64,000 bases of DNA, taken from the NCBI GenBank assembly GCA_963806855.1, contig CAWDYW010000003.1, positions 320,001-384,000 on the forward strand, read 5' to 3'. This document shows positions 28,549 to 38,480 of this stretch, piece after piece. Position 1 is the stretch's first letter, and each line of letters starts with the position of its first letter. Source of the stretch: an uncultured Verrucomicrobiae bacterium (GTDB lineage Bacteria > Chlamydiota > Chlamydiia > Chlamydiales > Rhabdochlamydiaceae). Position numbers and translations under genes: made by a program. Below the pieces are notes generated by a model. The model worked only from the letters and a program-made list of their open reading frames with translations, was not told where the DNA came from and ran no database searches.

Positions 28549-29566
28549 ATGCTTAAAATCCCAATATATTGTCATACACAAAAGAGTTATATTGAGTGCA
28601 TCTTTTCTTTGCTTGGAAAAGGAGCGCATCACGCAGGACTTGTTTATTCCTATTGGTTCCGAAAGGGGAAGCTTATGGGATTAAATGAACCGCAAGCCGC
28701 AGTGGCTCTCTCTTGTCCAAGAAATCTTGCATTGACCGACTTTTCTTTATCCGGCAGAGGTGGTTGAAAGGTAGAAGAGAGCACTATCAAATTTTTTTGA
28801 GATGCGAAGAGGGACTTGAGGCGAGTCAGTCTTTATTCCAGATGCAAGCGAAAAATACCCTATGCATCTCTTCGCAAGTGGGATGCAAGAGGGTTGCGCT
28901 TTTTGCGAGACGGGTAGGATGGGGCTGATCCGCCATCTTACGTGCGGGAAATTGTTGCCCAGGTCTTCATTGCGGTCGCTTGCTGGGGATGGAAGTCGCA
29001 ATATCGTCTTCATGGGAATGGGGGAGCCGCTCGACAATTTTGAAGAGTGATCGGCGATCAAGACGTATTACAGATGCCTAAGGGGATGGGCTTTGGTCCA
29101 CGCCGCATCACGATTTCTACAAGCGGCTGTGTAGATGCGATTCATGGCTAAGCGAAGATGCCGACCCAGCTTTAAATTTGCGGTATCGGTCAATGCGCCA
29201 AATGACGAAATTCGCAACAAAATCATGCCGGTAAATCGAAAATGGGACATGGCGGAGTTAAAAAAAGCAATGCTTGATTTTGCACCCATCCAAGGCGACA
29301 AATTTTTACTGAATATGTACTGATTGAAGGGGATCAATGATTCTTTCGAATGCGCAGACGAGCTTGCCGAGTATTTGCCAGGCCTTAAGGCAAAAGTGAA
29401 TTTGATCCCCTATAACCCACAAAGCCGCGACAGGTTTGCCCCACCGAAAGCTGAGGTGGTTGATGCGTTTTCAAGCGATGCGAGGGGGGGTATCAGACGA
29501 TGGTTCGACAGACTAAAGGGCAAAAGATCATGGCTGCTTGCGGGCAACTTGGGAATCTTCAATTGA
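28549..29566 (+). pseudogene. rlmN: RlmN-family radical SAM RNA methyltransferase with multiple frameshifts
   Basis: Fragments in different frames: TLCISSQVGCK, GCAFCETG, NIVFMGMGEPLDN, AVSVNAPND, KVNLIPYNP and AACGQL. Confidence 0.85.
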
Positions 29567-29628
29567 GACGCTTGCATATCCAAAGAGAATCAGGTAGAAT
29601 GGCAAATCAATAATAAATTGAGGGAAAT

Positions 29629-30255
29629 ATGGTTGATAAGGATAAATTCGTCGAAGAAGACGCACAAGGCTATAATATTTCGATCGTCGCAAAAAATTTC
29701 CAGCTGACCGAGCCAATTCGGCAGCATATTTGGGATAAGCTGTCAAAGCTGGAGCGATTCCACAATCACATCATGGATATCCATGTCACCCTAGATATCC
29801 AAAAAGTGGAACATATCTGCGTCATCACTTGCCACTTCAATCATATTAAAACCAAGGTCGAAGCCCGCAGCTCCGATATGTATGCCTCGATCGATCGGGC
29901 CATGCAAAAGCTGCAGCACCTCTTTCAGAAGTGGAAAAGCAAGCTTCAAGATTACCATAAAAAACCGATGAAATTAGTCGATCTATCTGTCAATGTCTAT
30001 CGTCGACCTCCTCCAGATGATCTCGAAGAGATCAATCGGGCGATCGATGCAGAAAACATGAAGAGATGGATGCCTCATAAGATCACCGACACCGAATCGC
30101 AGGTTTTGAAGTCGCTGAGCACCGAAGAGGCGATCATGAAAATGGAACTTTCTTCAGACCCCTTCTTGCTCTACCGCGATGAGACAGACAAAAAACTGAA
30201 GCTGATGTATCGGCGTGAAGACGAGAATTATGGAGTTATCCAAGCAGAAGGGTAA
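29629..30255 (+). CDS. hpf: Ribosome hibernation promoting factor (long HPF/RaiA)
   Basis: LTEPIRQHI, DMYASID and C-terminal EEAIMKMEL...YRREDENYGVI. Confidence 0.9.
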   Translation: MVDKDKFVEEDAQGYNISIVAKNFQLTEPIRQHIWDKLSKLERFHNHIMDIHVTLDIQKVEHICVITCHFNHIKTKVEARSSDMYASIDRAMQKLQHLFQKWKSKLQDYHKKPMKLVDLSVNVYRRPPPDDLEEINRAIDAENMKRWMPHKITDTESQVLKSLSTEEAIMKMELSSDPFLLYRDETDKKLKLMYRREDENYGVIQAEG

Positions 30256-30685
30256 CCGAGGTAACGTCTACGACCCATACCGCAAGGCATGGGTAGCCGC
30301 AACTCCCGAAGAAATCGTCCGTCAAAAATTTTTGCACGTGATGACCACTCAACTCGGATTTCCAAAAGAACTTCTGGCCATTGAAACACAGCTCTCGGAA
30401 GTTCCCCATCTCAAAGGGGTCGCCAACCTCCCGCAAAGAAGAGCCGACATCATCTGTTTTGCTAAAGGGATCCATCCTGAGCATCTTCTCTACCCACTCC
30501 TCGTCGTCGAGTGCAAAGAAGGAGAGGTAGGGATGGAGGCTAAATCCCAGGCGCTTGGCTATAACCACTACGTCCAAGCCCATTTTGTGGCGATCGCTGG
30601 CGAGAACTGCGCGATGCTGGTCTACCCGCAAGAACTCACCTTTTTACCCTCTTATTCTCAACTCATGGAAAATATATGCAAGTGA
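30230..30685 (+). CDS. Stand-alone HsdR N-terminal-like (PD-(D/E)xK) domain protein
   Basis: YDPYRK...TPEEIVRQ, RADII and VVECK. Confidence 0.8.
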   Translation: MELSKQKGNRGNVYDPYRKAWVAATPEEIVRQKFLHVMTTQLGFPKELLAIETQLSEVPHLKGVANLPQRRADIICFAKGIHPEHLLYPLLVVECKEGEVGMEAKSQALGYNHYVQAHFVAIAGENCAMLVYPQELTFLPSYSQLMENICK

Positions 30686-32248
30686 CGACCCCCATTGCCG
30701 ATGTGATTTGTCTCTATGGACTTCCCAATCATGAGCTCTATTTAGAACTGACAAGCTGGCTTGATGAAAAAGCTGAGCGCTTTCTCGTGATCTTAGAAGA
30801 TGATGAGCGGGTCCTCATCGGCCACCAGAGCGGCCACGATCGGATTCGCCTCTGCTATGCTGAAAACGATGAGGCGCTCAAAAAGATCGCCTGGGAGCTC
30901 GTCTTCTTGCAATTTGAGTATCTGAAAACACCTGGCAATTCGTCGAAAAATCCAAGAAATGGAAGCCTGCTTAGCCAAAATGGCATTCTACGAGCAGGGA
31001 TTCATCTGGTTGCCTCCGACTTCCAAAATCGGGGTTTAGACCTCTTGCAAAACCTCATCGCCAATAACCCGCGCTTAAGCCTAGCCAAAAGAGGGGAAGA
31101 GCTTTCGGTGCTTTTGCAGGGGTGCCAGCCATTATCTGCGGAGCAGGGGTGTCGCTTGAAAAAGCTGCCCCTTATTTAAAAAACAATGCCCTCCTCTTTG
31201 CTGGTGGGACCGCTCTCAGCTCCTTAGGAAAATATGGCCTCACCCCCCACTTTGGAGGCCTCATCGATCCCCATCCGCCGACAGGCCGCTTCTTTCAACA
31301 TAAGTCCTTCGAAATCCCCCTCTTTTTCCAGAGTCGAGTGAGCCCCGATCTCCTAAAACAAATGCGGGGGCCGCTGCTCTGGATCCCAGGCAGTCAAAAC
31401 GATCTTCTCACTGAAGAGACCTTCGATGGGGGCTGGAACGTCTCCACCTTCCTCACAGCGATCGCGCAAAAATTGGGTTGCAATCCCATCATTCTAGTTG
31501 GCGTCGATTTAGCCCAGCGAGGAGAAAAGAGCTATGCGGGCGATTTCGAGCGACCCGAAGGGGGAGAATTGATCTGGGTGCAGGATGATCTCTATACTCG
31601 GCGCGATTGGCTTTTTGCCGCTGATTGGCTCGCCGATTTAGCCGCAGCCCACCCGAGGTAGAATGGATCAATTGCTCCGATGGACTCGAAATCAAAGGCT
31701 TTAAAAAACAAAACATCAGCGAGCTCTCTTTTGCCACAATGGCCCCCTTTCAGCATCGTATCGACGCTCTATATCGAAACAACTTGAAGAATCGGGAATT
31801 CGACGAGGAGGCGGCACAAATTTTGGAGTCTGGAGCGAGCGACATTGTTCGAGAACAAGGCGCGAGTGAAGACCCAAAATTTTGGCCTAAGCCGACGACG
31901 TCGAAAACCGATTCTTCATGTTGTTTCGGTATAAAAACAGCTGCGCCGAGCTTGGATGTCAAAGAACTAAAGGGCAGTTTTGCCCGGGTGGGCGAGCTCT
32001 GTGGCGAAATGCTTGAACTACTCGAGAAACTCTTCCCCAATACACCTGAAAAAAACGGCGACTATGCCTTGCTGGAGCACGCGATTGCCAAAGAGATCGC
32101 CTACATCAAATTTTTAAAACCGGTTTGGGATATATGGAAGCATGTTTTTATCCGTCAAATCCCCAAGGAAATCCCAGCCGAGTATGGGATCGGACTCAAC
32201 CAATGGCTTTTTATTCAAGGAATCTGCAATGACGCACGGAAAATTTGA
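30676..32248 (+). pseudogene. MAF (motility-associated factor)/MptE-like family protein, frameshifted, with an in-frame palindromic insert
   Basis: PAIICGAGVSL, FAGGTAL, LGCNPIILVGVDLA and WINCSDG spread over three ORFs. Confidence 0.75.
31770..31933. repeat. Palindromic element inserted in frame (RPE-like, family E)
   Basis: TATATCGAAACAACTTGAAGAATCGG...CCGATTCTTCATGTTGTTTCGGTATA; encodes the 54 residues YRNNLKN...DSSCCFGI. Confidence 0.85.
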
Positions 32249-33812
32249 GCCGGACATCGAGTTTTATCTCTCCTTTTTCCCCCATGAGAAAAAAGATCTC
32301 CCTACCGATTCAAAGCCCCTCGAGAAATGGCTCCAAGGTCAAAATCTAACAGAAATCGAAATCCTCTACATGGTTGGCTTAGTCAATTTTCCCCTCCCCA
32401 ACATCCTTACTGATTGGCTTAAAGAGCGCAAAGAGCGGGTGGTCGTTTTCATTGAAGAAGACCTTGGAGCCTTTGCTTCCTTTCAAAATTTTGAGCTCTT
32501 AGGAAACTCCCAAATCCACCTCCATTACGCCAAAGAAGACCCGATCGAACATCTTGCCCAAATATTTCCCTCCGATCGATTGGCCATTTTTGAGGGCAAA
32601 CCGTTCGATTCTCTCGGATTGCAGAGGCGCTCAGCGGCCCTCTCCGCCCTCTATTCCGATGTCCTCTACAGCCATAAAATTGTCGAAAACGTCCTCGCCA
32701 ACTACCTGCGGCTGCCCGACTGTTTCAATGCCAACAACCTAAAATTTCCCAATGTCCCCGCCATCATCTGCGGCGCTGGCCCCTCACTCGAAAAATCATT
32801 TGCAGCTCTCTGCACCGCCCATGACAAAGCCCTGATTTTTGCCGGTGGATCGGCCATCCCCATCCTTTCGCGCAACCAGATCCGCCCCCATTTCGCCATC
32901 GCCCTCGATCCCAACCCCGAAGAATTTGACCGGCTCAAGCAGTGCGCCGAATCCGACGTTCCCTTCCTCTTCGCCCCTCGCGTCCACCATGAAGTGCTCG
33001 CGACCCGCACCGGCCCCCTCGGCTATCTCAAAACTGACACCGGAGGACTCTTCGAAAATTGGCTCGAGGAAAAACTCGGGTTAGAGGGGATCCCCACCGG
33101 GCCAGACATGGGCCCCGAAGCCTTTTCCGTCACCACCCTCGCCATCAGCTACGCCTATGCCCTCGGCTGCAATCCGATCATCCTAACCGGCGTCGATCTG
33201 GCCTATACCTCTGGTAAACGGTACGCCCCCGGAGTCGAAGCCGAGAAAGGCAGCTCTGCCGACCCCCGCGCTCTCGAGCAAGTCCTCATCCGGACCGATC
33301 TCCACGGCAACCCCGTTGAAACCCTCCTCAAGTGGGTCATGGAGGCCGACTGCATCAGCGCATTTGCCGAAAGCCACCCTGAGACCCAATTTTTAAACGC
33401 TTCCGAAGGGGGCCTCGGCTTTGATGCAATAAAAAATGTGACCCTTGCAGAGACCCTAAAAGGGCTAAAAAAAGCCAATACCGAATTCCAGCCCGAGCCT
33501 ATTCCCTTAGATACCGACAAACTCACCTCCCTTATCGCCGACCTCGAGAAATCGCTCGACCGATGTGCCATCCTGTGCGACCAGATCCTCAAAAATGATC
33601 CTCGCGCCCTCCTCCACGAAATGGATTTGGCCGAAGAAGAGGCCTACATCGCCCTCCTGCAGGGGATATCAGCTGCTCTCGATCGACTCCTCGTCCGCTA
33701 CTACCCCGACTCTGAAGAAGAGCGCAAAATAGCCAAATATCGAGAATTACAGTTGCAAATTGAGAAGTTTAAAAGGATAATAAACCACCAATGCGGAATA
33801 TCCTACCGATAA
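32229..33812 (+). CDS. MAF/MptE-like family protein (putative glycosyltransferase)
   Basis: PAIICGAGPSLEK, FAGGSA, LGCNPIILTGVDLAY and FLNASEGG. Confidence 0.82.
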   Translation: MTHGKFEPDIEFYLSFFPHEKKDLPTDSKPLEKWLQGQNLTEIEILYMVGLVNFPLPNILTDWLKERKERVVVFIEEDLGAFASFQNFELLGNSQIHLHYAKEDPIEHLAQIFPSDRLAIFEGKPFDSLGLQRRSAALSALYSDVLYSHKIVENVLANYLRLPDCFNANNLKFPNVPAIICGAGPSLEKSFAALCTAHDKALIFAGGSAIPILSRNQIRPHFAIALDPNPEEFDRLKQCAESDVPFLFAPRVHHEVLATRTGPLGYLKTDTGGLFENWLEEKLGLEGIPTGPDMGPEAFSVTTLAISYAYALGCNPIILTGVDLAYTSGKRYAPGVEAEKGSSADPRALEQVLIRTDLHGNPVETLLKWVMEADCISAFAESHPETQFLNASEGGLGFDAIKNVTLAETLKGLKKANTEFQPEPIPLDTDKLTSLIADLEKSLDRCAILCDQILKNDPRALLHEMDLAEEEAYIALLQGISAALDRLLVRYYPDSEEERKIAKYRELQLQIEKFKRIINHQCGISYR

Positions 33813-34618
33813 TTCTCCTACTTGCCGCCGGGTGTTCGGGGCTAGAAGACTCTGAGAGAGAGAAGCTGCGCAAGATGAATGCTTCGGGAGAGCACATTTA
33901 CCGTGCGCACGACGAAGTACTCTTCGCTATCAAAAAGCCCACCCATTTCGTCCGAGAGAACTACCCTTGGGAAGACTCCTATATCGGCAACCAAATCAAA
34001 ATCACCAAAGAATTTTTCCGCTGCAAGGGCAATTCCCAACACTCGCCGATCACCAAACAGACCGACGGGCAGCCCGCTTTCATCCTCGATTGTGGGGGGA
34101 TGCAGCAACACAGCCTGCCGCTCAAAGATGGAAAAGAGCACATCTATCCGGCCCTCTTCGACCTACTCAACTATATCCAAGAAAAGACCCAGAAAAAAGT
34201 CGTCATCACCTGTGGCCACCGCTGCCCGACCCACAACACCTATGCCGACCCCTCCCAATATAACGAGTCCTCCAAGCATATGATCGGCGCCGAAGTCGAC
34301 TTCTACGTCAAAGGGCTCGAGTGGAGTCCCGAAACCATCGTAGGCATCGTCAAGCAATACTACAAAGAACACCCCAAATTCAAAACCATATCCCAGTTCA
34401 CCGAATTTGAGCGATTCGAGCATGAGACCAACGTCTCGACCCTCCCTTGGTACAACAAAGAAATCTTCATCAAACTCTTCAAGAAAGACGAGGGGAGAGA
34501 CCTCGACAACAACCACCGCTTCCCCTACCTCTCGATCCAACTCATCTGGGACCGAGACGGTGACGAGCCAGTCACCTACAGTTGGTCGAAGGCCTTTAAT
34601 AATTATTTGAGATATTGA
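33791..34618 (+). CDS. Lipoprotein with a peptidase M15A-like Zn-binding motif
   Basis: Lipobox LAAG-C; ITCGHRCPTHN...SKHMIGAEVDF resembles the M15 SGYRCxxHN...SxHxxGxAxD pattern. Confidence 0.7.
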   Translation: MRNILPIILLLAAGCSGLEDSEREKLRKMNASGEHIYRAHDEVLFAIKKPTHFVRENYPWEDSYIGNQIKITKEFFRCKGNSQHSPITKQTDGQPAFILDCGGMQQHSLPLKDGKEHIYPALFDLLNYIQEKTQKKVVITCGHRCPTHNTYADPSQYNESSKHMIGAEVDFYVKGLEWSPETIVGIVKQYYKEHPKFKTISQFTEFERFEHETNVSTLPWYNKEIFIKLFKKDEGRDLDNNHRFPYLSIQLIWDRDGDEPVTYSWSKAFNNYLRY

Positions 34619-34638
34619 GCAAAAAAAAGGAGGAACTT

Positions 34639-35118
34639 ATGAATTCAGTAGCAAATTATCCCGGTATCCCAGCTGTTTTCGTGCGTACAGAGGGGGACTG
34701 GAGTTGCTCTGATTCTGCGGGAGACATTTGTAGAAGAATGGTTTTCGGAAGTACCGTGGAAGGCTCGCTGATAACACGTTTTTCATTATTTGGTTATAAG
34801 GATGGAAGGGTCAGCATTAATATTAATTGGGGAAAATATAATGACCTATTTATAAAGTATTTACAAGAACATCAAGTTCTGGTGAGTGACATGGACTGTC
34901 GGCTATGTTCCCATTGGACCCAATCCCCTGAAGAACTTAAGGCAGTATTTAGTATTCTAACCCAAAATAATCAAATTCCAGCTAAACATCTTAAAAAAAT
35001 TGAGCCGATTGTAGAGAAAGGAAGTTGCGAACCCTGCCAACATAGTCCTGCTCCTATAGCAAGTAATGATGGACGTATATCGTTTGAGGGCTGGAGTTAT
35101 ATTCCTTTTGGCATTTAA
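34639..35118 (+). CDS. Hypothetical protein
   Basis: GGAGG RBS, open frame, AT-richer than neighbours; no motif recognised. Confidence 0.55.
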   Translation: MNSVANYPGIPAVFVRTEGDWSCSDSAGDICRRMVFGSTVEGSLITRFSLFGYKDGRVSININWGKYNDLFIKYLQEHQVLVSDMDCRLCSHWTQSPEELKAVFSILTQNNQIPAKHLKKIEPIVEKGSCEPCQHSPAPIASNDGRISFEGWSYIPFGI

Positions 35119-35193
35119 ACTATCCGTTCTGCTCAAGCGAGGTCAGTTCTTGAATCATATCACTGGATGCGGTATCCTAGTATCCTATATTGT

Positions 35194-35276
35194 GCCGATG
35201 TGGCGAAATGGTAGACGCGGCAGATTCAAAATCTGTTCCTAGCGATAGGGTGATGGTTCGAGTCCATTCATCGGCA
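35194..35276 (+). tRNA. tRNA-Leu(CAA)
   Basis: GCCGATG/CATCGGC acceptor stem, GCAGA-TTCAAAA-TCTGT anticodon arm, long variable arm. Confidence 0.95.
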
Positions 35277-35327
35277 TATAGTCCTTCCGTTTCAAAAACA
35301 CCATTAGGATTGAATCAGCCCTAATAG

Positions 35328-36098
35328 GTGCCTTCAAATGGAAGCATGATTCCTTGGCAAAGGTTTATGAACGATCTCTTCTGCAAAAGACTTCTACATA
35401 TTTTATTATTTTTTCTTTTCATCTCTTACTCAAATTCAATCATTTCTGAGGAGAAAGGTAGGGTTGTGGCTTTTGCTGGATTATCCGGATCAGGAAAGAC
35501 AACGATGGCCAAAACGTTGGGACAATTATGCTCATGTTGTATTCTAAATGAACCTGAAGAGTCCGATTGGCCTGATGTGATTACAAAAAGCAGGGAATTT
35601 GGTTATTTTTCAATGTGGATGGGCTTTCGGCAATTGTGGCTTCCACACCAATATGAAGCACAAAAGTTGAAGAATCAAAACCAACTCGTGATTCTGGACT
35701 CTTATTTTGTCAAAATTATTGGATACGAATTATTAGAACCTGGCATGGAATGGCTGTTCCCCAAAGATGATCCCTATTTTCAAATATACAAGCAAATCTG
35801 CCATCTCGATGTCGATCAATTGCCAGATCCAGACTGCATTATCCTATTTGATGTCTCTTTGGAAAATTGGATTAAATTACTCGATACTCGAAATCGTGCT
35901 TGGGATAAGACTCCAGGCTTTATTGAATCTTATGAGCACACAAAACGAGCTATTCAAAATGCTGTTGAACGCATTTGCAAAGAGAGGAATATTCAACTTA
36001 TCCATTTTAATCATGAGTTCGGCGATATTCTTGAACAGGCAAATAGACTTAAATCTCTCTTAATTCAAAACAATATTCTTTATGCCGAACCCACATAA
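35328..36098 (+). CDS. P-loop nucleoside/nucleotide kinase-like protein
   Basis: VVAFAGLSGSGKTT Walker A, EPEE and PDPDCIILFD; start uncertain. Confidence 0.7.
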   Translation: MPSNGSMIPWQRFMNDLFCKRLLHILLFFLFISYSNSIISEEKGRVVAFAGLSGSGKTTMAKTLGQLCSCCILNEPEESDWPDVITKSREFGYFSMWMGFRQLWLPHQYEAQKLKNQNQLVILDSYFVKIIGYELLEPGMEWLFPKDDPYFQIYKQICHLDVDQLPDPDCIILFDVSLENWIKLLDTRNRAWDKTPGFIESYEHTKRAIQNAVERICKERNIQLIHFNHEFGDILEQANRLKSLLIQNNILYAEPT

Positions 36099-36545
36099 GG
36101 GATCGCATTTAAGCTAGACTTAACAGCTCCAATGGCTATTTGTTTAACAGCAGCAATCGATTCAGCCATTCTAAAATTCCCCCTCTTGAATTAAAATCAT
36201 GTTCATCCTAGCAAAATTAAGACAGAACACCAATTTGAACTCAAGAAAAGTTCTAAAACCGTCCGCAGAGGGGCAATCAATCGGACGAATGGCGCCGTTT
36301 TTGATCTCCATAAGAGTCAAAAACGGCTCTTTTATTTCGAGAAGATTCCTTGGCTTTTTGCTATTCTCTTTTTGGTCAAAGGCTTATAATTTTTTCTTTT
36401 GAATTAGGGGAAAGATTATATGACTAAGCAACTTGAAGATACATCGTCAAAAATCGCGATTTTCAGAGGGAAGCAGATCCGAAAAATCATTTATCCTATA
36501 ACGCCGTAAAACAAGGCCCTTTAGGGCCGTGATGTAAGGCGCCGT

Positions 36546-36962
36546 TTAGTCTAGGGTATTCTGTTGTTCAATATACTGTCTAATGATCGATATTGGGGCT
36601 CCACCGCAAGAGCCTGCAAAATAACTTGGCGACCATAGGGCAGTTCCCCATAGATATTTTGTAATAGATGGGTAGTTCTTCTTGCGGATCATCCTCGAAG
36701 ATACCCCTTTTAATGAGTTTACAAGTTTTGAGACCGATACTTTAGGTGGATAGTTGATCAACAGATGAACATGGTCTTTTTCGCCATCAAATTCTATTAG
36801 AACAGCCTCAAAATCAGTGCAGACACTCTCGAAGGTCTCCCTCAGATCAGATAGAATGGACTTAGTGAAGACACATTTTCTGTATTTTGTAACAAAGACC
36901 AAATGCACATGCAGAGCAAAAACACAGGATCTACCTCTTCTCAAATCTGTTGACTTTAACAT
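36546..36962 (-). CDS. tnpA: IS200/IS605 Y1 HUH transposase
   Basis: HLVFVTKYR, DHVHLL (HUH), LKGVSSR, LWSPSYF and catalytic YIEQQ. Confidence 0.96.
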   Translation of the reverse strand: MLKSTDLRRGRSCVFALHVHLVFVTKYRKCVFTKSILSDLRETFESVCTDFEAVLIEFDGEKDHVHLLINYPPKVSVSKLVNSLKGVSSRMIRKKNYPSITKYLWGTALWSPSYFAGSCGGAPISIIRQYIEQQNTLD

Positions 36963-36985
36963 AGGCCAAATTTAAAATTTAAACC

Positions 36986-38173
36986 ATGATCTTAAAAAGG
37001 GCATTCAAATTCAAGCTAAAACCTACTGCGTTGCAATATGAAATGTTCTTACGCTTTGCCGGGGCTCGTCGTTTTGTATTTAATCGAGGACTAGATGAGC
37101 GACAAAAAGCCTATGAAGCTACTGGAAAAGGCCCTTCTTATTTCGAACAAAACAAAGAACTAACCCGATTAAAAGAAACAGAGGAGACTTCTTGGTTGAA
37201 GGAAATCCATAGCCAGGTGCTTCAACAAGGGCTTAAGGATCTCGATAGAGCATTTCAGAACTTTTTTGTAAGAGTAAAGAAAGGGAAGAAGCCGGGGTAT
37301 CCAAATTTTAAAAAGAAAGGGATGAATGAGAGCTTCCGATTCCCACAAGGAGTCAAAGTTGAAAATTCCAAGGTCTATTTACCCAAAATCGGATGGGTGA
37401 AATTTCGAAAATCGCGAGATATCCAAGGAGAGATCAAAGAGACAACCATCCTGCAAGAGGGAACCGATTGGGTTATCTCATTCTCATGTGAATGGGAAAA
37501 GGTACTCCCAAAGAAAGCGCCTATAGATGAAGAGCGGGCGATAGGGATCGATGTAGGGATAGAACATTTCGCTACTACGGCAGCTGGAAAGGAAAACAGA
37601 GCAGAAGAGATTGAAAATCCAAAGTTTTTGAGAAAAAAGCTATCCCATCTTCGATATCTCTCAAGACAATTATCCAGGAAAACCCCAAAAGGAAAAAATA
37701 GACTCAAGGCCAGGCTCAAGCTTTCCAAGTTACATGCCAGCATCAAGAACCTCAGAAATGATTTTGTACAACAACTCTCAGCAAAGATGGTCAAAACCCA
37801 CGACATCTTTTGCATTGAGAGCCTAGATATTTCCAGCCTACTCGAGAAGAGCCCAAAAGGACTTTCCCGAGCGATATTAGATGCGGGCTGGGGAAGTTTT
37901 TTGCACTGCCTTAAATACAAAATTGAAGAGCACGGAAAACACCTTGTAGCAGTAGACAGGTATTTTCCAAGCAGTCAAATTTGTGCGGCATGTGATAGTC
38001 GGCAAAAGATGCCCCTCTCTATCCGGGAGTATCATTGTCCAAATTGCGGAGTAAAGAATGCCCGTGATTACAACAGTGCGATAGTTCTAAAGGCCGCCGG
38101 AATGTCGGTCTTAAAAGCCTGTGGAGCTGCCCTCGTTGGAGGGAGCATTGAAGCAGGAATCTCTCGACTTTAG
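36986..38173 (+). CDS. tnpB: RNA-guided endonuclease TnpB
   Basis: RuvC motifs GIDVG, IESL and RDYNSA; zinc ribbon CAAC...CPNC. Confidence 0.95.
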   Translation: MILKRAFKFKLKPTALQYEMFLRFAGARRFVFNRGLDERQKAYEATGKGPSYFEQNKELTRLKETEETSWLKEIHSQVLQQGLKDLDRAFQNFFVRVKKGKKPGYPNFKKKGMNESFRFPQGVKVENSKVYLPKIGWVKFRKSRDIQGEIKETTILQEGTDWVISFSCEWEKVLPKKAPIDEERAIGIDVGIEHFATTAAGKENRAEEIENPKFLRKKLSHLRYLSRQLSRKTPKGKNRLKARLKLSKLHASIKNLRNDFVQQLSAKMVKTHDIFCIESLDISSLLEKSPKGLSRAILDAGWGSFLHCLKYKIEEHGKHLVAVDRYFPSSQICAACDSRQKMPLSIREYHCPNCGVKNARDYNSAIVLKAAGMSVLKACGAALVGGSIEAGISRL

Positions 38174-38480
38174 TCGGGAGAGGTTCAATTAGGCGAATGG
38201 TATTTTTCCATTATTGATGTAGTTGAGGTTTTAACTGAGAGTACCTATGCCAATCGATATTGGTCAGATCTTAAAATTCAACTATCTGAAAAAGAAGGAT
38301 TTAGTCAACTTTACGAAAAAATCGTAAGGTTGAAATTGGAGGCTCCTGATAAGAACTAGAGAAAAAAAGTGGTCATAAGGTGGTCAGTAAATCTAATTTT
38401 TTAGAGACCAATCCATTAGAAATTGAACTTATTCCTGAAAAATGATGAAAAATCCTGCGAGGAGTTGTTTCGGTATAGTT

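Larger units (their letters stand above)
36495..38188. mobile_element. IS200/IS605-family element (IS605 group, divergent tnpA and tnpB)
   Basis: Left hairpin GGCCCTTTAGGGCC and right hairpin CTCTCGACTTTAGTCGGGAG; ends in TCAA; preceded by TTTAT; no target duplication; removal restores the Bro-N frame. Confidence 0.93.
36420..38359 (+). pseudogene. Bro-N (phage antirepressor-like) gene split by IS605 and 3'-truncated
   Basis: Joining 36420-36494 to 38189-38359 gives MTKQLEDTSSKIAIFRGKQIRKIIY|LGEWYFSIIDVVEVLTES...RYWSDLK...LKLEAPD in one frame. Confidence 0.85.

Noticed and set aside
30230..30685. Type I restriction-modification system
   Set aside because: Only a small HsdR N-terminal-like domain is present; no helicase, hsdM or hsdS
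38360..38480. GTGGTCA direct repeat and lone family E terminus as an att site or island boundary
   Set aside because: Too short; no integrase and no duplicated tRNA 3' end found
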